Assembly: GCF_006345805.1 (NCBI RefSeq)
Contig: NC_043006.1
Span: 104,780,001-104,844,000, forward strand
DNA length: 64,000 bases
Direction: 5' to 3'
Origin: Octopus sinensis
Lineage: Eukaryota
Of this stretch, positions 27,231 through 41,541 are shown piece by piece (position 1 is the stretch's first letter; the number at the start of each line of letters is the position of its first letter). A model generated the notes under the pieces. The model was not told where the DNA came from. It did no database searches and saw nothing but the letters and a program-made list of their open reading frames with translations. Made by a program: the position numbers and the translations under genes.

Positions 27231-27951
27231 AATCATCATCATCATTGTTCGACCGTGGTCGAGACAATGGAATTTACTATGTTACGCCAGACTTCACGGT
27301 CCATCATAGCATTACGGAGGTCCTGTTGCTGGATGCCTGTATCCCTGGAGATTACATCAGGGTAGGAGAGTGTGCGCCCTCTGGTATTGCGAGTAGATGG
27401 CTTCCAGAGGAGAAGAGTAGAAATTACTTCTTTTTCAGCTCTACAACAATGTCCAGCAAACTGGACTCTCCTACCTTTCACAAGAGATGACACAGGTGGT
27501 AATTTCCCATATATTTGCATTTTGGTTGGATGGCGCCTCCACGAGAGATTTTGAGCTCTCATAAGGAGGCGAGTGTAGGTTCCATCCAACCGCCTCTCAA
27601 GCTTCTTTGATAACGTCCAGGATTCTGAGCCATATAGTAGAATTGGTTCGACTGTGGCTTTGAAATTTCAAGTTTGAAGTCTCCACTTAGATTTGATGAC
27701 CAGATCTTATGCATGTCATTACAGGCTGACCAGGCCATACCCTTTCTAGTTAGAAAGTCTTTTCCAGATGATGATATGTATGACCCAAGATATTTATAAT
27801 CAGAAACCATATTTAAGGGTGCATTGTTGAGAGTGTGGATGATGCAATCACTGTTGGACAGGCACTTGTTTATGTATTCAGTTTTGGTCTCATTGAGGTA
27901 AAGACCTACACAATTTGAGGCTTGTTCAAGAGATTGTAAAAGAGACTGCAC
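27231..27951 (-). mobile_element. RTE-type LINE, 5'-truncated 3' end with (TGA)n tail, inserted in a SINE
   Basis: GLYLNETKTEY..DYKYLGSYI..RKGMAWSAC and DGTYTRLLMRAQNLSW..RRVQFAGHC..LLLWKP..AMMDREVWR. One frameshift; stop followed by tgatgatga. Confidence 0.88.
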
Positions 27952-28195
27952 TTAGCGGCATTTCGTTCGTCTTTACGTTCTGAGTTCAAATTGCACCGAC
28001 TTTACTTTTTATCATTCCGGGTTCATAAAATAGTAACGGTTCGAACATTGGGTCAATGTAATCGACTCACTCCTCTCCCGAAATTCCTGGCCTTGCCAAA
28101 ATTTGAAAACATCATTTCAAAATCTTGTGATTTCTATATGTATCTCTTTCTCTAGCTATCTCGCTTTCTCCTTCTAAGAACTTCCAATACAGTTT

Positions 28196-28615
28196 CTTAT
28201 TTCTTTATTACCCACAAGGGGCTAAACATAGAGGGAGTCAAACAAGGACAGACAAACGGATTAAGTCGATTACATCGACCCCAGTGCGTAACTCGTACTT
28301 AATTTATCGACCCCTAAAGGATGAAAGGCAAAGTCGACCTCGGTGGAATTTGAACTTAGAACGTAACGGCAAACGAAATACCTATTTCTTTACTACCCAC
28401 AAGGGGCTAAACACAGAGGGGACAAACAAGGACAGACAAACGGATTAAGTCGATTATATCGACTCCAGTGCGTAACTGGTACTTATTTAATCGACACCGA
28501 AAGGATGAAAGGCAAAGTGAACCTCGGTGGAATTTGAACTCAGAACGTAGCGGCAGACGAAATACGGATACGCATTTCGCCCGGCGTGCTAACGTTTCTG
28601 CCAGTTCGCCGCCTT
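28196..28615 (-). mobile_element. SINE family C (Meta-domain-like) with an internal ~185-bp tandem duplication
   Basis: GCCTTTCATCCTTTCGGGGTCGATAAATTAAGTACCAG-type core present twice; TSD ATACAGTTT. Confidence 0.85.
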
Positions 28616-29089
28616 ATACAGTTTATGTCAGCCAAATCCACTGACATGGCATTAACCGGTTCAAAATTTAAATTATACCAGATCATGTAGCTACGATTTG
28701 GTATTGAACTAGAATTTCTTGACTACATCTCCATGCTTGCTTATTCGTGTATGATGTTATGAGGATGCTGATGAAGGGCAAGTCACAGCTGTCCTATAAG
28801 CAAAACGTGTGTATATACGTGAAAACTACATCACATGTCTATGTAAATCCATTTTCTATTATTCTGTTTGGTAAAACAATGACCGGGATATCATCGACTT
28901 CTCTTTATAGCCTGCTATCATTGGAAGGATAGCGGCAGATATATATATGGAACAGCAGCAAGATAAATAACAAGAACAAGATCGACAACAACAGCAGAAA
29001 CAACAAAATTTATAATTTTTATATCAGCAATAAAAATTCTGATCTGCAAAGTAAAATGACATAAGCAATAGCTAAAGAAGAGCTAGATA

Positions 29090-29430
29090 TGTTTCTTTAT
29101 TAGCCACACAAGGCTGCACACGGACGGGATAGATTATAAAGCAGAGCTTTTGTTTTGGGGGGAGAAGAAAAAAAAATATAAGGTGGGGTAGGTTTTCGAT
29201 CAAAAAGGATCGTAAAAGGGAAAGCAGAAAGAAGAAAAAAAAAGGGAAAGAAACAAAAAAGGAAAAGAAACAAAGAAGGAAGAGGAAAAAACAATAATAA
29301 TAAAAAAAACGATCAATAGGGATCGTGTATCACAGATGTAAGGTGTAAAGGGGAAGCAGATAAGGTTTATCTGTGGGAAGAAAAGACTACGGAAAAGACC
29401 ACGGTAACCTCGGTCAATATTGTTACATGT
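29090..29430 (-). mobile_element. Probable LINE 3' UTR fragment
   Basis: Pyrimidine-rich on the minus strand, ending GTGCAGCCTTGTGTGGCTAATAAAGAAA, similar to the Meta-type SINE tail. Confidence 0.5.
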
Positions 29431-29469
29431 TACCACATTTGTTTGCAAGCAGGTAACCAAAGAAGAGAT

Positions 29470-29531
<62 letters not shown>

Positions 29532-30302
29532 ACAGAAAGAATAAAGAACGCATACATAATAAAGAAAAATTGAGAATATATGTGAAACAAAGATGAATGT
29601 GAAAACAGTGTTAGAAATAAAGGATGAAGAGGTATAAAAATAAAAGAAGTTTAAGGGGGGAAAATGAGTGGTTTGAAGGAATTTAGATAGAAAAAAATCT
29701 ATTTGTATAAATATAAAGAAAACAGACAGATGAGATGTGAGGAAGAAAACAAAGAAGAAAGTCGATGACAAAAAGTAAAAAGAGAATCAAGACAAAAAAT
29801 ATGTAAGTAAAAATAATAACATTTAAAATGAGAAGAGAGTTATTATGTGTGTGTGTGTGTTTAAATATACATATGTATGTGTGTATGTGTATGTGCGTGT
29901 GTGTATTTATATGGAGGCATATACGGACACGTGTCTTTCAATGTAGTAAAATGGAAAGAATGAAAGAAAGAAAACAACAACAACAAAACAAAACAAAATG
30001 CAAGTAGGATAACGGCGGAATATTGTGAATTTGATGTTTCCCACATGCTAGACTCACATTTGACTATTCCAGCGTTGTTTACAGTCTGCAAAGTCTGTTT
30101 GAGATTATAGTGAAGCAATTGTCCTTAACTTGTTATTAAAAACGCCTTTTCTAGGTTAAATGATTACCACAAGCACACGTTATATAGTAATATTAAATCT
30201 GCTCTTTCTCCGTTACCAATTCAAACGCTACCAAAGCATATAACATAATGGTATGTCTTACCATTAGAAGTGATGACGTTGGTGGGGATGCTATGTTACT
30301 GG

Positions 30303-30770
30303 GGATCTTTTCCATTTGAACGGCAGTTTTTAACATAATTTCTAGTTAACTAAAACATTTTAAACTTCGTATACTGGTAGAATGTGTTTATAAAACATCT
30401 TTTTCTCTTGGCTTTATTGAGAAAATTCTATAGTTCGTAACACATTTGGTCTTTAATTTTTCTTTAATTTCTGCAATTTCAACCAATCAGTGACGTGTAT
30501 TGATTTAAAAAGCATTCTGTGCCGTATGAATATGTGCCTCGTTTAAGAAAGAGATTCGGTTTATTTACATTTCTGAAGAAAAAAAGATACCCTTCCCCCA
30601 CCCCTAACCCTAACCATAAACTTAACCGTAACTAATCCTAACTAATCCTAACTCTAATCATAACATTAAAACAGACTGAAATGCAATAGATCGATACTAG
30701 GGTCATAATTATGGGTGTCAATTTCATATGACACCGCTAGAAAAAAATGCCGTTCAAACCGAAAATATCC
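30303..30770. mobile_element. Same MITE, copy 2
   Basis: TSD GTTACTGG at 30295-30302 and 30771-30778. Confidence 0.9.
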
Positions 30771-31438
30771 GTTACTGGAAATAATTGTATAATCGCGTCT
30801 ATTGTCGTTAAATTCTAAATTTTTAATATAAATTTTGTGACTGGTTTAGTTTCAAGGTTAGTCTTTTCAGACATGGTATGTTTACATTTAAATTATCAAA
30901 CGTTTTCATCATTTAAGCAATACGATATTATTTCAGAAAAATGAGTGGATATAGGCATAGCACCCCAAAATTCCAATTACAGGGCATGTATAAAAACCTG
31001 TCACTGTTGAAAAGATCTTACCAACACATTTCAGAGCTGCCGCGATTAAGATATCTTTCCAAATTCCATGAAATATGATTAAGCTTATGTATGTTTTTGG
31101 TCTCATGTTTAAATGACGCTTAAGCCTGTGTAATTGGAAGAATTGGCAAATAGGTTAGCTAGAAATTTCACATTTGGTTCAGTTCATTCACAAATCAAAT
31201 AATAAATTTATTGCGTATATCTACAGCACATTCTCAAAAATCCATTGTTTAGCAAATATTTCTAAGAAAATAACTGTTTAGCTACTTGGTGTGCCTTAAT
31301 TGAATATTTCAACTTGCGTAAATAGATGATCAAACATGATGTGATGGCTATTTTGCTAAGATGTTTCGTTAAGAAGAGCCACATGTTCGATATCTAAGAA
31401 AAACATGGAAACCAGAAAAACAAATATCTTCAAATTTT

Positions 31439-31796
31439 AAGGCGGCGAACTGGAAGGATCGTTAGCACGCCGGGCAAAATACTTAGTGGTATTTCGTCTG
31501 TCGTTATGTTCTGAGTTCAAATTCCGCCGAGGTCGACTTTGCCTTTCATCCTTTCGGGGTCGATAAATTAAGTACCAGTTACACACTGGAGTCGATGTAA
31601 TCGACTTAATACCTATGTCTGTCCTTGTTTGTCCCCTCTATGTTTAGCCTCTTGTGGGTAGTAAAGAAATAGGTATTTCGTCTGCCGTTACGTTCTGAGT
31701 TAAAAAATCCACCGAGGTCGACTTTGCCTTTCATTCTTTCGGAGTCGATTAAATAAGTACCAGTTACGCACTGGGGTCGATATAATCGACTTAAAC
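31439..31796 (+). mobile_element. SINE family C with internal duplication
   Basis: Same core twice. Confidence 0.85.
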
Positions 31797-32249
31797 AGAT
31801 CAGCATCATGATTTGTTGTAAAATTAGATATTCTTGGGCACTACTTTCAAAGTTTAAAATACTTACAAGCATACATAGGCTACTGTTTACTCGAATTACT
31901 ACATTATTAAGGAATGCACAGCCTATGATCAGATAAGCACAATATTTTCGTATCTACTTTAATATTTTCTGAAAATACATTTAATGTTTACAAAACAACT
32001 CAGGGAATTTCGCCTAATCTCTGGCAAGTTTTTCACGTGAGAGCGTGACACCTTTATGGGAGACAGGTGTTTTAGTATGATAATAACAGCATACTTAATT
32101 TGAATAGAATTACATTCTCTCGACAATATGGCTGAAGGAAAATACTTCAGGGGAACTTTGGGGAATACAAAATTCCAAAACGAATGCTTTGCACACATCC
32201 CACATAGTGAGTTGAAAAGTTTCGATCAACCGAGAATATGTTGCATCCT

Positions 32250-32668
32250 TTATTTTTTACGTGCATCAGTAATCAGACTGCGGCCATGTAGGGGCACCGC
32301 CTGGAAGAATTTTTAGTGAGATGAATCGACCGCAGGACTTAATCTTTGTTTCTTTTTCTTTAAGACTGGTATATATTCTATCGATTTCTTTTGCCGAACC
32401 GTCAAGTTACAAGGATGTAAACTCAACGACACCAATTGTCAAGCGGTAGTAGGGGAAAAACACTCACATAAAGACACACACACGCACACGCACACGCACA
32501 CATACATACACACACACACACATGATAGGCTTCTTTCAATTTCCGTCTGCCGACTCTACTCACAGGCATTTGGTCGGCTCGAAGCTATAGTAGAAAACAC
32601 TTGCCCAAGGTGCCAAGCAGTGGAAGTGAATCCGAAACCATGTGTTTGGGAAGCAAGCTTCTTACCAC
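32250..32668 (-). mobile_element. SINE family A
   Basis: Near full-length homology. Confidence 0.8.
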
Positions 32669-32690
32669 TTTAGTAATACTCATGGGGATA

Positions 32691-33076
32691 GTGGAGGCGC
32701 AATGGCCCAGTGGTTAGGGCAGCGGACTCGCGGTCATAGGATCGCGGTTTCGATTCCCAGACCGGGCGTTGTGAGTGTTTATTGAGCGAAAACACCTAAA
32801 AAGATCCACGAGGCTCCGGCAGGGGATGGTGGTGATCCCTGCTGTACTCTTTCACCACAACTTTCCCTCACTCTTACTTCCTGTTTCTGTTGTGACTGTA
32901 TTTCAAGGGGCCGGCCTTGTCACTCTCTGTGTCACGCTGAATATCCCCGAGAACTACGTTAAGGGTACACGTGTCTGTGGAGTGCTCAGCCACTTACACG
33001 TTAATTTCACGAGCAGGCTGTTCCGTTGATTCGGATCAACCGGAACCCTCGTCGTCGTAACCGTCGGAGTGCTTCC
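32691..33076 (+). mobile_element. Full-length tRNA-derived SINE (family B, probably Octopus OR-type)
   Basis: A box TGGCCCAGTGG, B-box-like GGTTTCGATTCC, 13-bp TSD ACTCATGGGGATA at 32678-32690 and 33077-33089. Confidence 0.9.
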
Positions 33077-33920
33077 ACTCATGGGGATATATTTTATTGC
33101 ATTTTGGTTTAACCAGCACCAAATAATCATGAATTATTCTTTTTTTTTTTTCTGGTTTAAACCCAGTTCGATTTCGATCGAAAGCACAGACTTATGATCA
33201 ATGTTATTCCAACCGCCACAATCTCATCAGACTTTTCATAACATGCTGTATATTGGATTACATTATGCTTCTCACACCTATTTCACGTTATGAGGTTATT
33301 TTGGCTGTAAATTCTGACACGTCCCGTTGAAAAAGCTAGGAGTAATATCAATTTCATCATTTGTCGTATATCCTAGTTCAGCCATTCTATAGAACTAACT
33401 CCGTGGCTCTGTCTGGTCAATAACAGTTTTAAACATCGATTTTACGGTTTGGCTTCATTGAATATACGTGATTATTTCACATAAAAGTGATCGTTCAGGA
33501 AATCGTACTTTCGCACTCCTATAAATTTTCGCTTGATTATGGTTGTTCACAGGTGCTCGTCCGCGCAAACGATCATTCACAGTCGCACATACACACGCTC
33601 ACACATGCACATACACACGCTCACACATGCACATACACACAGTCTCACACACACACACACACGTATGCACACACACATACACTCCCACACGTAGACACAT
33701 TGGTCTACTGAGTGGCACCAACACACTTATTGATTAACTGATTGAAAGTTGTGTCGAAAGTATGTGTGCGCATGTGTGATCGCGTGATTGTGTCTGTGTA
33801 CGCGCGCGCATGCTCATATATGCATGCGTGCATGTAAATATGCGTGTCGATTTGGTATATATCTCTATATATACGTGTCTATATGTATGTATATTTCTGT
33901 GCATAGAAATATATATATGA

Positions 33921-33978
<58 letters not shown>

Positions 33979-33986
33979 AACATTTA

Positions 33987-34092
<106 letters not shown>

Positions 34093-34120
34093 ATATATAT
34101 TATATATATATATATAATAC

Positions 34121-34152
<32 letters not shown>

Positions 34153-35380
34153 ATACTTATATATATATATACATGTATATATATATATATATATGTATAC
34201 ATATATACTTATATACGCACATACACCTATATGTGCTTGTATTCATTCGTTCATATATTCATATATGCTCACACACACACACACGCGCGCATATACTTAG
34301 ATATTTCTGTATATGTATGTATATACACATAGAAATACACACACACACACACACAGGCACTCATACGCACGCGTACGTACAGGAATATGTATGTATGCGG
34401 GATATATATATATATATAATCTACATTAATATCTATTCTGTAAGCACTAAATAAAATTCGTCGGTATGACAACTACACGTATTTATTCACACGTACTTAA
34501 TCCATTAAAAAGTTGATACGTCACAGATCATTGATAATGTACAAACGCATAAACACACTCTTAAGTGTGTGTGTGTGCGCGTGTATACGTGTGTGCGTGT
34601 GTGTATATATATATATATGTATATATGTACATATGTATGCAGAAATATATATATATATCCATATATATATATATATATATATATAAATATATAAATATAT
34701 ATTTATATATACATATATTCTCATATTTGTATATATATATACTTATATATACATATATTCTCATATATGCATATATATACGTATATATACATATATTCAT
34801 ACTTATATATACATATATACATTCATATTTTATGTACGTATATCAATATAATATAATATATGATATATGTTATATAGGTGTGTGTGTGTGTGTGTCTGTC
34901 TGTATGTGTGTATATATATGTATGTGTGTGTATATGTGGGCGTGTGTGTATTATTGGAAAGTTTAATTAGTATTGTGATATTAAGGTTTATGTGGCACTC
35001 TTTTTAATTGCACTCACGAGAGTTTTTCCAATAATAGGTTTTTATCAACCATCAGTTAGCACACTATGCTTGTGCGAAAGCAGCTGCAACTACGACGGTG
35101 GCTGTAGCATCGGTCGAAATGCAGTCACAGCACTAAATATTTCTTATCAGCTGCATCGAACCACATTCATGGAAATATCCTACCTTAATTATCGCCTTTT
35201 CAATTATTAACCATATATTATTATCATAGTGTTTTAAGAACACGGCTCGAGTTTAAATCTTGTATGCCAATAAAAATATATTCGCTACGTGAGACAAATA
35301 ACATCAATCTTAAAGAATGCAAGTAGAAATTCCAGTTCCTATCAATGCAGTTCAGCTAAAGCATTTAATATTTTTGTTTA

Positions 35381-35877
35381 CCGTAAATCCTCGTATATAA
35401 TCTGATTTTTTTTCCCAAAATTTAAAGGACAAATTCAATAGTGCGGACTGTATACGGGGTTAAAAACGAAAAAAATATTTTCTAAGCAATGTCCGAGTCT
35501 CTATTTGCTGTCCGGCAATATTTATTCAGACGCAAATTGTGATGTCAGGCGCGAAATTACCTTAAGCTTAGCCTGAAAGCAATGAAGTCATAAAAGAATC
35601 ATCCATAACTTGCAGTAAGCAACATTTATTAAGCATTATTACTTTTAATACTTTATTTTCTGCAAACAAAATGCACAAAAAAGCTACACGTTTGCCTTAT
35701 GTTATATATACAATAATAATAACGGACGTTACCGTATACATTTTTACAAGCCAAGGGCGTTATATAGACCTCATTTACTCAAGTTAGAGAAGGGGTGCGT
35801 ATTATACACAAGGTCTAGGTTTTTCAGAAGTACAGCCCTCTAAAAATGCCCTGCATATTATGCTCGAAGATTTACGG
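35381..35877. mobile_element. pogo/Tigger-type non-autonomous DNA transposon
   Basis: TA|CCGTAAATCCTCG .. CGAAGATTTACGG|TA termini with TA target duplication. Confidence 0.8.
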
Positions 35878-35984
35878 TACGTTTTCTGGCTTTGCTGAAA
35901 TTTGCTCTTTGTAACTAATAAGTTTCATATTCTCAATGTAGTCAATTGTCTGAATTTTTTAAAATTAGTCTCTTAGATTATCTA

Positions 35985-37247
35985 CGAGATGGTATGGAAA
36001 GGTTCTGGGACTAGTTTTGTTGCGCGCCAACAGATGGCAGCACCCAGTTGCATGCGCAGTGACAGTTACCAGTGAGCTTCATGAAGCAGCGCGCCAAGTG
36101 ACATCGCTGTGTTTACTTCGCAACTTGTGAAATGTGTGCCTCTGTTATGATGTGTGTACTTTAGTCTGCCGTTTTTTCATCGACAGGAAGTTTGAACAAA
36201 GAGCCAACGTGAGTTTTGAGTTAGACTTGGGAAGTATGCTACAGAGGTATTGAGTATTCTTCGCAAAGCTTACGGCGACGAGGCAATGACTCGTACGCAA
36301 TGTTTCGAGTGGCACGGGCGCTTCAAAAGCGGAAGAATGCCCCTCGAAGACGATGACTGATGTGGAAGACCTTCCACGAGCGTCACCCCCGAAAATGTGC
36401 AGAAACTTCATCAGCTGGTGTATGAGGAGGACAATTAATGACATTGCTGATGTTGTTGTTCTGTCGTATGTATCCTTTTAGGCAATCCTAATGTCTGAAT
36501 TGAGCATGCGGCAAGTTTGTCCCTCGCCTGCTGCCCACTGAGCAGAAAGACCATCACGTCGATGTCTGTCAAGATCTCCGGCAGCGTGCTGCTGATGATC
36601 CATCGTTCATGTCGAGGATCATCACCTGATGATGACGAGAGTTGGGTCTACAGGGACAAACCTGAGACGGAGTAGCAGTCGTCACAATGGAAGAGCCATT
36701 CATCTACATGACCAAAGAAGGCGTGACAGAGCCGCAGCTTTATCAAGAGCATGCCCAGCGGTTTTGTCGACAAACGCGGTATTGTGCATCGAGAATTCAT
36801 CCCTCAGGGTCAGACCGTCAATTGAGAGTTCTACTGCGAGATTTGGAAACGTTTGAGGGAGGACATTCGCCGAAATCAACCGAATCTGTGGAACGCTAAA
36901 AAAGATCCTTCACGATGACAATGCACCCTATCACTGAGCTCTCGTGAGTTTCTCGCCAAAAACAAATTGGTATCACTACCGCACCCGCTCTCTTCGCCAG
37001 ATCTAGCACCTGCGGACATCCATCTCTTTGCCAAAAGGAAAATGTAGCTCAAAGGTCGTCGTGTTAACGTTGTTGAGATCCAGAGCGATTCGCAGAATGT
37101 CCTCAACTCGCTTACGGATAACGACTTCCAAGTCAGGTTCCAAAAGCATCAGGAATGCTGGGACCGGTGTATTGCTTCGAAAGGTGACTTTTCGAAGGAG
37201 ATGATTTTGCAACATAACTAGTCCAGAAACTTATTGATACCACCTCG
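35985..37247 (+). mobile_element. mariner (DD34D) transposon, defective
   Basis: TA|CGAG.TGGTAT..GGACTAG TIRs with TA TSD. Transposase remnants KAYGDEAMTRTQCFEWHGRFKSG, FVPRLL, DESWV, HDDNAP, SPDLAPAD with stops and frameshifts. Confidence 0.92.
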
Positions 37248-37721
37248 TAAGGGAAGTAAGACACTCTGTATAAATTCTTCTGAGATTTTCTTAATGAAGG
37301 TTTCCAACATAATACTATAAATTTGCAATGAACAGCTGAGACTCGTTGTCAAGTGCCATTGTGAAAACATTAAACTCAGAATTATGAAAATGGTACTGAT
37401 TATGAAATATGGTACTAGGTAAGGCATAAATATCTCACAAATATTCAAAAATTAAACATATAGACTCTTAATCGAGCTTAAATGATTTTTATTAGAATCA
37501 ATATGTATCACAGAGTGAGTTTAATATATCCCAGTCTTTATCGAAAGACTATTGGAAAACAATTAAATTTTCGCTGCATGCTTAAAGCACATGCAGAAGA
37601 TGTGACTGTTAATCTTATTTCCTAATATTTATTAACATCAATACACGGGCCTAGTTACGCTTTTGCTGTTAATCGTGTATCAGTTGATCACGTGAGATCA
37701 AATGTAAAGAACGGGAAAAGA

Positions 37722-38040
37722 ACCCCTTCGGTCATGAATGACCATCGGATTGCACATAGAAAGTTATCCTCCGAGACATTTTTTCAGGCAAGGTTGTTTA
37801 TGGAAGACCAGCCGTCACCCAAGCGTTCCAGTCTCACCTTTCCATGCCACCGATCTTATCCAAGAGAAAGGCAAAGGCTGATACAGCTTGGTACCAATGC
37901 CGTCGCAACTCATTTGCATAGCTGGCTGACCTGGAGCAATGTGAAATAAATGACATAATATACAGCCCAGTCCGGGAATCGATCTCACTACATCATGATT
38001 GTGAGCTCGACGATCTCTCACTAGTGAGCCATGGACCTGC
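37722..38040 (-). mobile_element. tRNA-derived SINE family D
   Basis: Shared with the 43101 and 57222 copies (ACCCCTTCGGTCATGA..GGATTGCAC.TAGAAAGTTA). Confidence 0.75.
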
Positions 38041-38411
38041 TGGCCTTGTGCCAAAATTTGAAACCGACATTATTATAAAGATGTCAGATTTATCACTTTA
38101 TAAAATATTAGCCTAATAGAAAAATAATTCAGTAATTATCTTAAGATAATTATAATTTCTTCTGATGAAAAAGCAGCAAATATATATATATATATATACT
38201 TTCAACTGTAGCACTTTACAGTTCCACCACCAGGATCGTGCTGTCTTTCATATTTCGCTTCTACATTTCCTGCAAAGAACATGAAAATGATGACGTGCAA
38301 TCTATGTCGCATTACTCCCGAAAAAAAACACGATATGTCTCCATCTCAGAGATTAAGGTACAGAAACATTTCACCCAATTTCTTAAACCGTTAACCCCGA
38401 CACATTTTTTC

Positions 38412-38478
<67 letters not shown>

Positions 38479-39111
38479 CATTTTCCCTCTCGTATGTATT
38501 TTCTAAGTGTCAAAGACTTTTCCATTCTTCCCAAACGTCAAACTAATACACCTGGATATTGTTCACCTGTCTCTGTCTTTTCTCTTCTGTAAATTTGAAC
38601 TAAAACACACACACACATATATGTGTGTGTAATGAGATTCTGCTTAATAGGCACTCATTTGATAGTACTCACAATATATTGGTCAACTTCAGGTTAGGTC
38701 AGAATATATATGAACGACGCCCCAGAGATTGAGGGAGAACCCGGATCCACTTAGTTACTAATCAAACTTCTTAAGTACACGGCCGTTTCCTTTATCTTCT
38801 AGTTTAGATTATCTTCCCTCTTCTAAACATGCTTTACTAATTCTTTTCGTAGTACCACACATGCAGGCCTTATTCCGCATTATCGTATTTAGAATGTTTA
38901 TTTAGATTAGATTCATAAAACACACTTTGCTGACAAACGTTGAGGCTGTTCTTTGTCATTTGTGCCTTTTACTCCTTTTCATGATCCTAATGCTATTTTT
39001 TTTTATCGGCTTCATCTGTTTCTCGTTCAAATAGTTTTGTCTTTGATTTCAACATTGCTTATCTTTGTTATACAAAATGTATAAAAATACACAATAATAA
39101 CAATAATAATG

Positions 39112-39320
39112 ATTTCAAATTTTTGCCACAAGGGCAACTTGCGTGAGCGGGATTAAGTTCATTGCAGCGACCTTCGTGTTTCACTGGTACTTAATTTATC
39201 GACCCCGAATGGATGAACGGCAAAGTCGACCTCGGCGGAATTTGAACTCAGAACGTAGCGACAGGCGAAATACTAAGCATACCGTCCAGCGTACTAATGA
39301 CTCAGCCAGGTCGACACCTT
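39112..39320 (-). mobile_element. SINE family C
   Basis: Core homology. Confidence 0.75.
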
Positions 39321-39321
39321 A

Positions 39322-39945
39322 ATAAGGTGTCGTGGATACATCTGTTTGGGTTAGTGCATGTCTGTGTGTCATTGACCAGCTTATCGACGTCAAGCCTCAA
39401 CCGTGGCTAAAATTTTATAATCTGCATTCAGCAGAGTTATGGGCCTAAAATTGTCTATTTGGTCACCCTTGTTAGGGTGCTTTCTCGGCAGTACCAGCAC
39501 GCCACAGCTCATAGCAAAGGGAATTCTCCCGCTCTGGGGCCAGTTGCTGTCGACATCCGCTAAGAGATCACCGAAAATGCCTGGCATGTGAAAAGAAAGC
39601 TCGAAGGGCAGATGATAGATTCCCGGAAACTGCTCCTTTGTACAACTCGTCATGTCGTTTTGTATGTCTTGGCTGTTATCAGCATTTCTCAGACTTCCAC
39701 ATCCCTGGGCGAATGATACGACATACTGAGGTAGACGATGAGATCCAAACCCGTCACAGACTAATAGATGCGTAGATCTCAAAATCGACGGAAGTATGGG
39801 CCTTATCGAGTGTGTCAGAAATCCTGGTTTCGCTGATGACCGTCCTATCCATAGCTAGTGACCTGAGCGGGTGATCTTGCTTCCAGGGCGACTCCAGGCC
39901 ACAAATATTTATACAACTAACTATTCGACCCGCCACGATCAATGA
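39322..39945 (-). mobile_element. L1/Tx1-clade LINE ORF2 fragment, internally deleted
   Basis: APE start INICGL..VISETRI and RT start GVLVLPRK..FRPITLLNADYKILA. Confidence 0.8.
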
Positions 39946-40100
39946 AAAGACTTTGGAGTAGAGACAGAGAGGGTCTACTTACTCAGCGTGTGCCGCAGGA
40001 GGGTAAGTGTTTTTGAACTCCTATAACTAGGCGTTGTTTTTGGAACCCTCTTAAAAGCCTACTTTTGGCTTTTACATTAAGAGCTCTCACACATTGAGGG

Positions 40101-40148
<48 letters not shown>

Positions 40149-41089
40149 ACTAAATGCTGCTAAGTATTACCTCCGAAACACAAATGATTCTATCAGATCA
40201 ACGCCTCATTTTAAAACACCCAGAACATTAGCTACAAGACCACCATCACCATCACTACTACCCCACCACCACCACCACCACCACCACTACTACTACTAAT
40301 ACTACTACTGATGATGATGATGATGATGATTTGGGCTCAATGCCACAGCAAATTCGGGGAGGAGCTAAATCGATTATATCGACCGTAGTACTCAACTTTT
40401 ATTGACCCCGAAGATATGAAAGGCAAAACTGAATTTGGACCGAGAACGTAAAGACAGACGAAAACCGAACTTAAAACCCAAAGAACCTGCAAAATGCCAC
40501 AAGAGGATAAATAAAACCTCAGTGAACGTCGAGAAGTGCTGAACGAACCCACACCTGAGGTCGAAGAACATTTCATTATTTCCTTCTCATAAGAAGCAAC
40601 CAGATGTCTTTAATGAATAACAACTGAAGAATGTTTGGAGATTACGAAGAAACAACTGATTATATTACTTTCTCGATGCTAGCCAATAGTCATCTCATAG
40701 AGGATAATAACATTTGGCATTCATACACTGTATATTATTTCAGCTGTGTTACAAAAACATAACGGCAAGGAGAGCAGAGTCTAAGGCATCGCAATTCATC
40801 CTGGCAGAAGATCGATGTAAAATACGGAATAGTGTCATATGGGACCTTCAGGAATTAAAGTGGTTTGTCTTTGAAGTTAATCTCCCAATAGACAATAATA
40901 TACCACCGAAGAAAAGAAGAAATTATCCAAAATAAATATCTACCTCTAGAAATAACTTCAACGAGGAGGTTTAACCGAAAATCAATACCTATAATAACAG
41001 ATATTCGTAGAATGATTTTAAAATGTTGCGGAAATGCACATAAAGGAAACCTCAAGAATTTCAGAAATACGCAACATACAGAAAATAGC

Positions 41090-41541
41090 GGATCTTTTCG
41101 GTTTGAACGGCAGTTTTTTAAAATAATTTCCACGTAACTAAACACTTTTAAACTTCGTATACTGGTAGAATGTGTTTATAAAGCATCTTTTTCTCTTGGC
41201 TTTATTGAGAAAAATCTATAGTTTATAAGATATGTGTTGTTTTTTTCCTTCAATTTCTGCAATTTCAACCAATCAATGACGTATATTGAGGTGAAAACAT
41301 TCTGTGCCATATAAATATGTCCCTTGTTTAAGAAACAGATTGGGTTTATTTACATTTCTGAAGAAAAAAAAGATACCCTTCCCCCCACCCCTAACCCTAG
41401 CCCTAGCCCTAAGTAACCCTAACTCTAACCCAAACCCTAAAACAGATTGAAATGCAATAGATCGAAACTAGGGTCATAATTATGGGTGACAATTTCATAT
41501 GACACCGCTAGAAAAAACTGCCGGTCAAACCGAAAACATCC
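41090..41541. mobile_element. Same MITE, copy 3
   Basis: TSD AAAATAGC at 41082-41089 and 41542-41549. Confidence 0.9.

Noticed and set aside
32691-32765. tRNA gene
   Set aside because: tRNA-like SINE head with body, tail and TSD; no proper cloverleaf or terminator.
35085-35132. CGGTC-GAAA-TGCAG-TC-ACAGC half-hammerhead
   Set aside because: No 5' core present.
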